DNA of 64,000 bases from the NCBI GenBank assembly GCA_964016885.1, contig OZ024744.1, positions 128,774,001 to 128,838,000 on the forward strand. Direction: 5' to 3'. Of the stretch, positions 33,803 to 45,100 are shown piece by piece; position 1 is the stretch's first letter, and the number at the start of each line of letters is the position of its first letter. Origin of the DNA: Eledone cirrhosa (taxonomy: Eukaryota). The position numbers were made by a program, and so were the translations under genes. A model generated the notes under the pieces. The model ran no database searches. It was not told the DNA's origin and saw nothing but the letters and a program-made list of their open reading frames with translations.

Positions 33803-36800
33803 GTTGAGTTGGGGTTAAGTTAATTGGGGTTAAATTAAGTTAGGGTTGAGTTAAGTTGGGGTTAAGTTAAGTTGGGGTTATATTAAGTTGGGGTTAAGTT
33901 AAGTTGAGGTTAAGTAAAGTTGGGGTTCAGTTAAGTTGGGGTTAAGTTAAGTTAGGCTTAACTTAAGTTGGGGTTAATTTAAGTTGGGGGTGAGTTAAGT
34001 GGTGGTTATGTTAAGTTGGGGTTAAGTTAAGTTGGGGTTAATTTAAATTGGGGTTAATTTAACTTTGTGGTTAAGTTAATTTGGGGTTAATTTAAGTTGG
34101 GGTTAAGTTAAGTTGGCATTGAGTTAAGCTGGGGTTAAGTTAAGTTGGGGTTAAAATAAGTTGGGGTTAAGTTAAGTTGGGGTTGAGTTAAGTTGGGGTT
34201 GAGTTAATTTGGGGTTAAGTTAAGTTGGGGTTAACTTAAGTTGGGTTTAATTTAAGTTGGGGTTAAGTTAAGTTGGGGTTATAATTAAGTTGGGGTTAAG
34301 TTAAGTTGGGGGTAAGATAAGTTGGGGTTAGTTAAGTTGCGGTTAAGTTAAGTTGGGGTTAAGTTAAGTTGGGGTTAAGTTAAGTTGGGGTTAAGTTAAG
34401 TTGGGGTTAATTTAAGTTGGGGTAAAGTTAAGTTGGGGGTAAGTTAAGTTGGGGTTAAGTTAAGTTGGGGTTAAGTTGGGGTTAAGTTAAGTTAGGGTTA
34501 ACTTAAGTTGGGGTTGTGTTAAGTGGTGGTTATGTTAAGTGGTGGTTATGTTAAGTTGGGGTTAAGTTAAGTTGGGGTTAAGTTAAATTGGGGTTAAGTT
34601 AAGTTGCGGTTAAGTTAAGTTGGGGTTAAGTTAAGTTGGGGTTAAGTTAATTAGGGTTAAGTTAAGTTGGGGTTAAGTTAAGTTGGGGTTAAGTTAAGTT
34701 GGGGTTAAGTTAATTTGTGGTTAAGTTAAGTTGGGGTTAAGTTAAGTTGGGGTTAAGTTAAGTTGGGGATAAGTTAAGTTGAGGATAAGTTAAGTTGGGG
34801 TTAATTAAGTTGGGTTTAAGTTAAGTTGGGGTTAAGTTAAGTTGGGGTTAAGTTAAGTGGGGTTAAGTTAAGTTGGTTAGTTAAGTTGAGTTTAAGTTAA
34901 GTTGGGGTTAATTTAATTTGGGGTTAAGTTAAGTTGGGGTTAAGTTAATTTGGGGTTAAGTTAAGTTGGGGTTCAGTTAAGTTGGGGTTAAGTTAAGTTG
35001 GGGTTAAGTTGGGGTAAAATTAAGTTGGGGTTAAGTTAAGTTGCGGTTAAGTTAAAATGAGGTTAAGTTAAGTTGGGGTTAAGTTAAGTTGGGGTTAAGT
35101 TAAGTTGGGGCTAAGTTAAGTTGGGGCTAAGTTAAGTTGGGGCTAAGTTAAGTTGGGGTTAAGTTAACTTTGGGTTAAGTTAAGTTGGGGTTAAGTTAAG
35201 TTGGGGTTAAGTTAAGGTGGGGTTAAGTTAAGTTGGGGTCAACTTAAGTTGGGGTTAAGTTAAGTTGGGGTTAACTTAAGTTGGGGTTAAGTTAAGTTGG
35301 GGTTAAGTTAAGTTGGGGTTAAGTTAAGTTGGGGTTACGTTAAGTTGGGGGTAAGTTAAGTTGGGGTTATGTTAAGTTGGGGTTACGTTAAGTTGGGTTT
35401 AAGTTAAGTTGGGGTTAAGTTAAGTTGGGGTTAAGTTAAGTTGGGGTTAATTTAAGTTGGGGTTAAGTTAAGTTGGGCTTAATTTAAGTTGGGGTTAAGT
35501 TAAGTTGGGGTTAAGTTAAGTTGGGGTTAAATTAAGTTGGGGTTAAGTTAAGTTGGGGTTAAGTTAAGTTGGGGTTAAGTTAATTTGGGGTTGAGTTAAG
35601 TTGGGGTTAAGTTAAGTGGTGGTTATGTTAAGTTGGGGTTAAGTTAAGTTGGGGTTAATTTAAATTGGGGTTAATTTAAATTTGTTGTTAAGTTAAGTTG
35701 GGGTTAATTTAAGTTGGGGTTAAGTTAAGTTGGGGTTGAGTTAAGTTGTGGTTGAGTGAAGTTGGGGTTAAGTTAAGTTGGGGTTAAATTAAGTTGGGGT
35801 TAAGTTAAGTTGGGGTTGAGTTAAGTTGGGGTTAATTTAAGTTGGGGCTAAGTTAATTTGGGGTTAAGTTAAGTTGGGGTTAAATTAAGTTGGGGTTAAG
35901 TTAAGTTGGGGTTAAGTTAAGTTGGGGTTAAGTTAATTTGGGGTTAAGTGAAGTTAGGGTTAAGTTAAGTTGGGGCTGAGTTAAGTTGGGGGTAAGTTAA
36001 GTTGGGGTTATGTTAAGTTGGGGTTAAGTTAAGTTGGGGTTAAGTTAAGTTGGGGTTCAGTTAAGTTGCGGTTAAGTTAAGTTGGGGTTAAGTTAAGTTG
36101 GGGTTAAGTTAAGTTGGGGTTAATTTAAGTTGTGGTTAAGTTAAGTTGGGGTTAAGTTAAGTTGGGGTTAAATTCAGTCGGGGTTAAGTTAAGTCGGGGT
36201 TAAGTTACGTTGGGGTTAAGTTAAGTTGGGGTTAAGTTAAGTTGGGGTTGAGTTAAGTTGGGGTTAAGTTAAGTTGGGGTTAAGTTAAGTTGGGGTTAAG
36301 TTAAGTTGGGGTTAATTTAAGTTGGGGTTAAGTTAAGTTGGGGTTAATTTAAGTTGGGGTTAATTTAAGTTGGGGTTAAGTTAAGTTGGGGTTAAGTTAA
36401 GTTGGGGTAACGTTAAGTTGGGGGTAAGTTAAGTTGGGGTTAAGTTAAGTTGGGGTTAAGTTGGGGTTAAGTTAAGTTAGGGTTAACTTAAGTTGGGGTT
36501 GTGTTAAGTGGTGGTTATGTTAAGTGGTGGTTATGTTAAGTTGGGGTTAAGTTAAGTTGGGGTTAAGTTAAGTTGGGGTTAAGTTAAGTTGGGGTTAAGT
36601 TAATTAGGGTTAAGTTAAGTTGGGTTTAAGTTAAGTTGGGGTTAAGTTAATTTGTGGTTAAGTTAAGTTGGGGTTAAGTTAAGTTGGGGATAAGTTAAGT
36701 TGGGGATAAGTTAAGTTGGGGTTAATTAAGTTGGGTTTAAGTTAAGTTGGGGTTAAGTTAAGTCGGGGTTAAGTTAAGTTGGGGTTAAGTTAAGTTGGTT

Positions 36801-39800
36801 AGTTAAGTTGAGTTTAAGTTAAGTTGGGGTTAATTTAAGTTGGGGTTAAGTTAAGTTGGGGTTAAGTTAAGTTGGGGTTAAGTTGGGGTAAAATTAAGTT
36901 GGGGTTAAGTTAAGTTGGGGTTAAGTTAAGTTGCGGTTAAGTTAAGTTGCCGTTAAGTTAAGTTGAGGTTAAGTTAAGTTGGGGTTAAGTTAAGTTGGGG
37001 TTAAGTTAAGTTGGGGCTAAGTTAAGTTGGGGCTAAGTTAAGTTGGGGTTAAGTTAACTTTGGGTTAAGTTAAGTTGGGTTTGAGTTAAGTTGGGGTTAA
37101 TTAAGTTGGGGTTAAGTTAAGTTGGGGTTAAGTTGGGGTTAAGTTAAGTTGCGGTTAAGTTAAGTTGATGTTAAGTTAAGTTGGGGTTAAGTTAAGTTGG
37201 GGTTAAGTTAAGTTGGGGCTAAGTTAAGTTGGAGCTGAGTTAAGTTGGGGCTAAGTTAAGTTGGGGTTAAGTTAAGTTGGGGTTAAGTTAAGGTGGGGTT
37301 AAGTTAAGTTGGGGTCAACTTAAGTTGGGGTTAAGTTAAGTTGGGGTTAACTTAAGTTGGGGTTAAGTTAAGTTGGGGTTAAGTTAAGTTGGGGTTAAGT
37401 TAAGTTGGGGTTACGTTAAGTTGGGGGTAAGTCAAGTTGGTGTTAAGTTAAGTTGGCGGTAAGTTAAGATGGGGTTAAGTTAAGTTGGGGTTAATTTAAT
37501 TTGGGGTTAAGTTAAGTTAGGGTTAAGTTAAGTTGGGGTTGAGTTAAGTTGGGGTTAAGTTAAGTTGGGGTTATGTTAAGTTGGGGTTAAGTTAAGTTGG
37601 GGTTAAGTTAAGTTGGGGTTCAATTAAGTTGCGGATAATTTAAGTTGGGGTTAAGTTAAGTTGGGGTTAAGTTAAGTTGCGGTTAAGTTAAGTTGCCGTT
37701 AAGTTAAGTTGAGGTTAAGTTAAGTTGGGGTTAAGTTAAGTTGGGGTTAAGTTAAGTTGGGGCTAAGTTAAGTTGGGGCTAAGTTAAGTTGGGGTTAAGT
37801 TAACTTTGGGTTAAGTTAAGTTGGGTTTGAGTTAAGTTGGGGTTAATTAAGTTGGGGTTAAGTTAAGTTGGGGTTAAGTTGGGGTTAAGTTAAGTTGCGG
37901 TTAAGTTAAGTTGATGTTAAGTTAAGTTGGGGTTAAGTTAAGTTGGGGTTAAGTTAAGTTGGGGCTAAGTTAAGTTGGAGCTGAGTTAAGTTGGGGCTAA
38001 GTTAAGTTGGGGTTAAGTTAAGTTGGGGTTAAGTTAAGGTGGGGTTAAGTTAAGTTGGGGTCAACTTAAGTTGGGGTTAAGTTAAGTTGGGGTTAACTTA
38101 AGTTGGGGTTAAGTTAAGTTGGGGTTAAGTTAAGTTGGGGTTAAGTTAAGTTGGGGTTACGTTAAGTTGGGGGTAAGTCAAGTTGGTGTTAAGTTAAGTT
38201 GGCGGTAAGTTAAGATGGGGTTAAGTTAAGTTGGGGTTAATTTAATTTGGGGTTAAGTTAAGTTAGGGTTAAGTTAAGTTGGGGTTGAGTTAAGTTGGGG
38301 TTAAGTTAAGTTGGGGTTATGTTAAGTTGGGGTTAAGTTAAGTTGGGGTTAAGTTAAGTTGGGGTTCAATTAAGTTGCGGATAATTTAAGTTGGGGTTAA
38401 GTTAAGTTGGGGTTAAGTTAAGTTGGGGTTAATTTAAGTTGGGGTTAAATTAAGTTGGGGTTAAATTAAGTTGGGGTTAAGTTAAGTTGGGGTTATGTTA
38501 AGTTGGTGTTAAGTTAAGTTGGGGTTAAGTTAAGTTGGGGTTAAGTTAGGTTGGTGTTAATTTAAGTTGGGGGTAAGTTAAGTTGGGGTAAGTTAAGTTG
38601 GTGTTAAGTTAAGTTGGGGTTAAGTTAAGTTGGGGTTAAGTTAAGTTGGGGTTCAATTAAGTTGCGGGTAATTTAAGTTGGGGTTAAGTTAAGTTGGGGG
38701 TACGTTAAGTTGGGGGTAAGTTAAGTTGGGGTTAAGTTAAGTTGGGGTTAAGTTAAGTCGGGGTTAATTTAAGTTGCGGTTAAGTTAAGTTGGGGTTAAG
38801 TTAAGTTGGGGTTAAGTTAAGTTGGGATTAAGTTAAGTTGGGGTTAAGTTAAGTTGGGGTTGAGTTAAGTTGGGGTTAAGTTAGATTATTGTTAATTTAT
38901 TTTGGGGTTAAGTTAAGTTGGGGTTAAGTTAAGTTGGGGTTAATTTAAGTTGGGGTTAAGTTAAGTGGGGGTTAAGTTGAGTTGGGGTTAAGTTAAGTTG
39001 GGGTTAAGTTAAGTTGGGGTTAAGATAAGTTGGGGTTAAGTTAAGTTGGGGTTGAGTTAAGTTCGGGTTGAGTTAATTTGGGGTTAACTTAAGTTGGGGT
39101 TAACTTAAGTTGGGGTTAAGTTAAGTTGGGTTTATGTTAAGTTGGGGATAAGTTAAGTTGGGGTTAAGTTAAGTTGGGGTTCAATTAAGTTGCGGTTAAT
39201 TTAAGTTGGGGTTAAGTTAAGTTGGGGTTAAGTTAAGTTGGGGTTAAGTTAAGTTGGGGTTAAATTAAGTAAGGGCTAAGTTAAGTTGAGGTTATGTTAA
39301 GTTGGTGTTAAGTTAAGTTGGGGTTAAGTTAAGTTGGGGTTAAGTTAAGTTGGGGTTTAAGTTAAGTTGGGGTTAAGTTAAGTTGGGGTTAATTTAATTT
39401 GGGGTTAAGTTAAGTTAGGGTTAAGTTAAGTTGGGGTTGAGTTAAGTTGGGGTTAAGTTAAGTTGGGGTTATGTTAAGTTGGGGATAAGTTAAGTTGGGG
39501 TTAAGTTAAGTTGGGGTTCAATTAAGTTGCGGTTAATTTAAGTTGGGGTTAAGTTAAGTTCGGGTTAAGTTAAGTTGGGGTTAAGTTAAGTTGGGGTTAA
39601 ATTAAGTTAGGGCTAAGTTAAGTTGAGGTTATGTTAAGTTGGTGTTAAGTTAAGTTGGGGTTAAGTTAAGTTGGGGTTAAGTTAAGTTGGGGTTAAGTTA
39701 AGTTGGGTTTAAGTTAAGTTGGGGCTAAGTTAAGTTGGGGTTAAGTTAAGTTGGGGTTAAGTTAAGTTGGGGTTAAGTTAGGTTGGTGTTAAGTTAAGTT

Positions 39801-39987
39801 GGGGGTAAGTTAAGTTGGGGGTAAGTTAAGTTGGTGTTAAGTTAAGTTGGGGTTAAGTTAAGTTGGGGCTAAGTTAAGTTGGGTTTAAGTTAAGTTGGGT
39901 CTAAGTTAAGTTGGGGTTAAGTTAAGTTGGGGTTAACTTAAGTTGGGGGTAAGTTAAGTTGGGTTTGAGTTAAGTTGGGGTTAAGTT
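33803..39987 (+). repeat. 16-bp satellite array 3 (short type, ~6.2 kb, no inversion)
   Basis: Same start and end variant series as array 2, with internal segments missing. Confidence 0.98.
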
Positions 39988-42155
39988 AGGTTTTTCGAAA
40001 ACCTTATATAATCAATTTTTTTTAGGTTTTTCGAAAAATGTTATATAATCAATTTTTTTTAGGTTTTTCGAAAAACCTTATATAATCAATTTTTTTTTAG
40101 GTTTTTCGAAACACCTTATATAATCAATTTTTTTTAGGTTTTTCGAAAAACCTTATATAATTAATTTTTTTTAGGTTTTTCGAAAAACCTTATATAATCA
40201 ATTTCTTTAGGTTTTTCGTAAAACCTTATATAATCAATTTTTTTAGGTTTTTCGAAAAACCTTATATAATCAATTATTTTTAGGTTTTTCGAAATACCTT
40301 ATATAATTAATTTTTTTTAGGTTTTTCGAAAAATCTTATATAATTAATTTATATCTGATTTCAAATATTGATTTTTTTAGGTTTTTCGAAAACCTTATAT
40401 AATCAATTTTTTTTAGGTTTTTCGAAAAAGAATGAATTCATATTCGAAATATATACTTCTGCATTAATCTTTTTACGTTTTTCTGATTTTTTGCATGTTT
40501 TGAAATTTAAAAAAAACGTAAAAAATTAATGCTTTTACAAATATTTTGAAATATTTACTTTCTGGTTTCAAATTTTGCAAATTAAATTTTTTTCTAAAAA
40601 AATCAGTTTTCGAAATCAGAAGTTAATATTTCGAAAAACGCAATTTAAAAAACTCATATTAATTTTTTTTCGAATGAAGTTTTTTTATGCTTTTAGAAAT
40701 ATTTATATCTGATTTAAAATATTGATTTTTTTAGGTTTACCTTATATAATCAAACAAATTTTTTTAGGTTTTTCGAAATATCTTATATAATCAATTTTTT
40801 TTAGGTTTTTCGAAAAAGAATGAATTTGAGTTCATAGTCGAAATATATACTTCTGCATTAATCTTTGATTTTTTGCATGTTTTGAAATCTAAAAAAAACG
40901 TAAAAAATTAATGCTTTTACAAATATTTTGAAATATTTACTTTCTGGTTTCTAAGTTTGCAAATTAAATTTTTTTCAAAAAACCTAAAAAAAATCAGTTT
41001 TTGAAATCAGAAGTTAATATTTCGAAAAACGCAATTTTAAAAACTCATATTAATTTTTTTTCGAATGAATTCTTTCATACTTTTAGAAATATTTATATCT
41101 GATTTCAAATATTGATTTTTTTTAGGTTTTTCGAAAAATCTTATATAATCAATTTTTTTTAGGTTTTTCGAAAAAGAATGAATTTGAGTTCATAGTCGAA
41201 ATATATACTTCTGCATTAATCTTTGATTTTTTGCATGTTTTGAAATTTAAAAAAAACGTAAAAAAACAATATTTCGAAAAACGCAATTTGAAAAACTCAT
41301 ATTAATTTTTTTTCGAATGAATTCTTTTATACTTTTAGAAATATTTATATCTGATTTTAAATATTGATTTTTTTAGGTTTACCTTATATAATCAAATTTT
41401 TTTAGGTTGTTCGAAAAATCTTATATAATCAAATTTTTTTAGGTTTTTCGAAAAAGAATTTGAGTTCATAGTCGAAATATATACTTCTGCATTAATCTTT
41501 TTACGTTTTTCTGATTTTTTGCATGTTTTGAAATTTAAAAAAAACGTAAAAAATTAATGCTTTTACAAATATTTTGAAATATTTACTTTCTGGTTTCAAA
41601 TTTTGTAAATTAAATTTTTTTCGAAAAACCTAAAAAAATCAGTTTTCGAAATCAGAAGTTAATATTTCGAAAAACGCAATTTAAAAAACTCATATTAATT
41701 TTTTTTCGAATGAATTCTTTTAGAAATATTTATATCTGATTTCAAATATTGATTTTTTTAGGTTTACCTTATATAATCAAATATTTTTAGGTTTTTCAAA
41801 AACCTTATATAATCAATTTTTTTTAGGTTTTTCGAAAAACCTTACATAATCAATTTTTTTTAGGTTTTTTCGAAAAACCTTATATAATCAATTTTTTACG
41901 TTTTTAGAAAAACCTTATATAATCAATTTTTTTTATACTTTTAGAAATATTTATATCTTATTTCAAATATTGATTTTTTTTAGATTTTTCGAAATACCTT
42001 ATATAATCAATTTTTCTAGGTGTTTCGAAAAACCTTATATAATCAATTTTTTTTAGGTTTTTCGAAAGACCTTATATAATCAATTTTTTTTAGGTTTTTC
42101 GAAAAACCTTATATAATCAATTTTTTTAGGTTTTTCGACAACCTTATATAATCAA
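39988..42155. repeat. AT-rich composite block, copy 3 (2.17 kb; four long monomers)
   Basis: Long monomers start at about 40430, 40818, 41176 and 41456. Same ends as the other blocks. Confidence 0.95.
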
Positions 42156-45100
42156 GTTGAGTTGGGGTTAAGTTAATTGGGGTTAAATTAAGTTAGGGTT
42201 GAGTTAAGTTGGGGTTAAGTTAAGTTGGGGTTATATTAAGTTGGGGTTAAGTTAAGTTGAGGTTAAGTAAAGTTGGGGTTCAGTTAAGTTGGGGTTAAGT
42301 TAAGTTAGGCTTAACTTAAGTTGGGGTTAATTTAAGTTGGGGGTGAGTTAAGTTGGGGGTAAGTTAAGTTGGGGTTAAGTTAAGTTGGGGTTAAGTTGGG
42401 GTTAAGTTAATTTAGGGTTAAGTTAAGTTGGGGTTGAGTTAAGTTGGGGTTAAGTTAAGTGGTGGTTATGTTAAGTTGGGGTTAAGTTAAGTTGGGGTTA
42501 ATTTAAATTGGGGTTAATTTAACTTTGTGGTTAAGTTAATTTGGGGTTAATTTAAGTTGGGGTTAAGTTAAGTTGGCGTTGAGTTAAGCTGGGGTTAAGT
42601 TAAGTTGGGGTTAAAATAAGTTGGGGTTAAGTTAAGTTGGGGTTGAGTTAAGTTGGGGTTGAGTTAATTTGGGGTTAAGTTAAGTTGGGGTTAACTTAAG
42701 TTGGGTTTAATTTAAGTTGGGGTTAAGTTAAGTTGGGGTTATAATTAAGTTGGGGTTAAGTTAAGTTGGGGGTAAGATAAGTTGGGGTTAGTTAAGTTGC
42801 GGTTAAGTTAAGTTGGGGTTAAGTTAAGTTGGGGTTAAGTTAAGTTGGGGTTAAGTTAAGTTGGGGTTAATTTAAGTTGGGGTAAAGTTAAGTTGGGGGT
42901 AAGTTAAGTTGGGGTTAAGTTAAGTTGGGGTTAAGTTGGGGTTAAGTTAAGTTAGGGTTAACTTAAGTTGGGGTTGTGTTAAGTGGTGGTTATGTTAAGT
43001 GGTGGTTATGTTAAGTTGGGGTTAAGTTAAGTTGGGGTTAAGTTAAATTGGGGTTAAGTTAAGTTGCGGTTAAGTTAAGTTGGGGTTAAGTTAAGTTGGG
43101 GTTAAGTTAATTAGGGTTAAGTTAATTTGTGGTTAAGTTAAGTTGGGGTTAAGTTAAGTTGGGGTTAAGTTAAGTTGGGGATAAGTTAAGTTGAGGATAA
43201 GTTAAGTTGGGGTTAATTAAGTTGGGTTTAAGTTAAGTTGGGGTTAAGTTAAGTTGGGGTTAAGTTAAGTGGGGTTAAGTTAAGTTGGTTAGTTAAGTTG
43301 AGTTTAAGTTAAGTTGGGGTTAATTTAATTTGGGGTTAAGTTAAGTTGGGGTTAAGTTAATTTGGGGTTAAGTTAAGTTGGGGTTCAGTTAAGTTGGGGT
43401 TAAGTTAAGTTGGGGTTAAGTTGGGGTAAAATTAAGTTGGGGTTAAGTTAAGTTGCGGTTAAGTTAAAATGAGGTTAAGTTAAGTTGGGGTTAAGTTAAG
43501 TTGGGGTTAAGTTAAGTTGGGGCTAAGTTAAGTTGGGGCTAAGTTAAGTTGGGGCTAAGTTAAGTTGGGGTTAAGTTAACTTTGGGTTAAGTTAAGTTGG
43601 GTTTGAGTTAAGTTGGGGTTAATTAAGTTGGGGTTAAGTTAAGTTGGGGTTAAGTTAAGTTGGGGTTAAGTTAAGTTGGGGTTAAGTTAAGTTGATGTTA
43701 AGTTAAGTTGGGGTTAATTTAAGTTGGGGTTAAGTTAAGTTGGGGCTAAGTTAAGTTGGAGCTAAGTTAAGTTGGGGCTAAGTTAAGTTGGGGTTAAGTT
43801 AAGTTGGGGTTAAGTTAAGGTGGGGTTAAGTTAAGTTGGGGTCAACTTAAGTAGGGGTTAAGTTAAGTTGGGGTTAACTTAAGTTGGGGTTAAGTTAAGT
43901 TGGGGTTAAGTTAAGTTGGGGTTAAGTTAAGTTGGGGTTACGTTAAGTTGGGGGTAAGTTAAGTTGGTGGTAAGTTAAGTTGGGGGTAAGTTAAGATGGG
44001 GTTAAGTTAGGGTTAAGTTAAGTTAGGGTTAAGTTAATTTGGGGTTGAGTTAAGTTGGGGTTAAGTTAAGTGGTGGTTATGTTAAGTTGGGGTTAAGTTA
44101 AGTTGGGGTTAATTTAAATTGGGGTTAATTTAAATTTGTTGTTAAGTTAAGTTGGGGTTAATTTAAGTTGGGGTTAAGTTAAGTTGGGGTTGAGTTAAGT
44201 TGGGGTTGAGTGAAGTTGGGGTTAAGTTAAGTTGGGGTTAAGTTAAGTTGGGGTTGAGTTAAGTTGGGGTTAATTTAAGTTGGGGCTAAGTTCATTTGGG
44301 GTTCAGTTAAGTTGGGGTTAAATTAAGTTGGGGTTAAGTTAAGTTGGGGTTAAATTAAGTTGGGGTTAAGTTAAGTTGGGGTTAAGTTAAGTTGGGATTA
44401 AGTTAATTTGGGGTTAAGTGAAGTTAGGGTTAAGTTAAGTTGGGGTTGAGTTAAGTTGGGGGTAAGTTAAGTTGGGGTTATGTTAAGTTGGGGTTACGTT
44501 AAGTTGGGTTTAAGTTAAGTTGGGGTTAAGTTAAGTTGGGGTTAAGTTAAGTTGGGGTTAATTTAAGTTGGGGTTAAGTTAAGTTGGGCTTAATTTAAGT
44601 TGGGGTTAAGTTAAGTTGGGGTTAAGTTAAGTTGGGGTTAAATTAAGTTGGGGTTAAGTTAAGTTGGGGTTAAGTTAAGTTGGGGTTAAGTTAATTTGGG
44701 GTTAAGTTAAGTTAGGGTAAAGTTAAGTTGGGGTTGAGTTAAGTTGGGGTAAGTTAAGTAGGGGTTAAGTTAAGTTGGGGTTAAGTTAAGTTGGGGTTAA
44801 GTTAATTTAGGCTTAACTTAAGTTGGGGTTAAGTTAAGTTGGGGGTGAGTTAAGTTGGGGGTAAGTTAAGTTGGGGTTAAGTTAAGTTGGGGTTAAGTTG
44901 GGGTTAAGTTAAGTTAGGGTTAAGTTAATTTGGGGTTGAGTTAAGTTGGGGTTAAGTTAAGTGGTGGTTATGTTAAGTTGGGGTTAAGTTAAGTTGGGGT
45001 TAATTTAAATTGGGGTTAATTTAAATTTGTTGTTAAGTTAAGTTGGGGTTAATTTAAGTTGGGGTTAAGTTAAGTTGGGGTTGAGTTACGTTGTGGTTGA

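Larger units (their letters stand above)
18889..42155 (+). repeat. ~23.3-23.8 kb higher-order unit, copy 1 (long array + 3.08-kb block + short array + 2.17-kb block)
   Basis: Landmarks recur at offsets of 23267 (array start), 23785 (inversion), 23779 (block 2 vs block 4, also the two identical ORFs) and 23763 (block 3 vs block 5). Confidence 0.9.
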
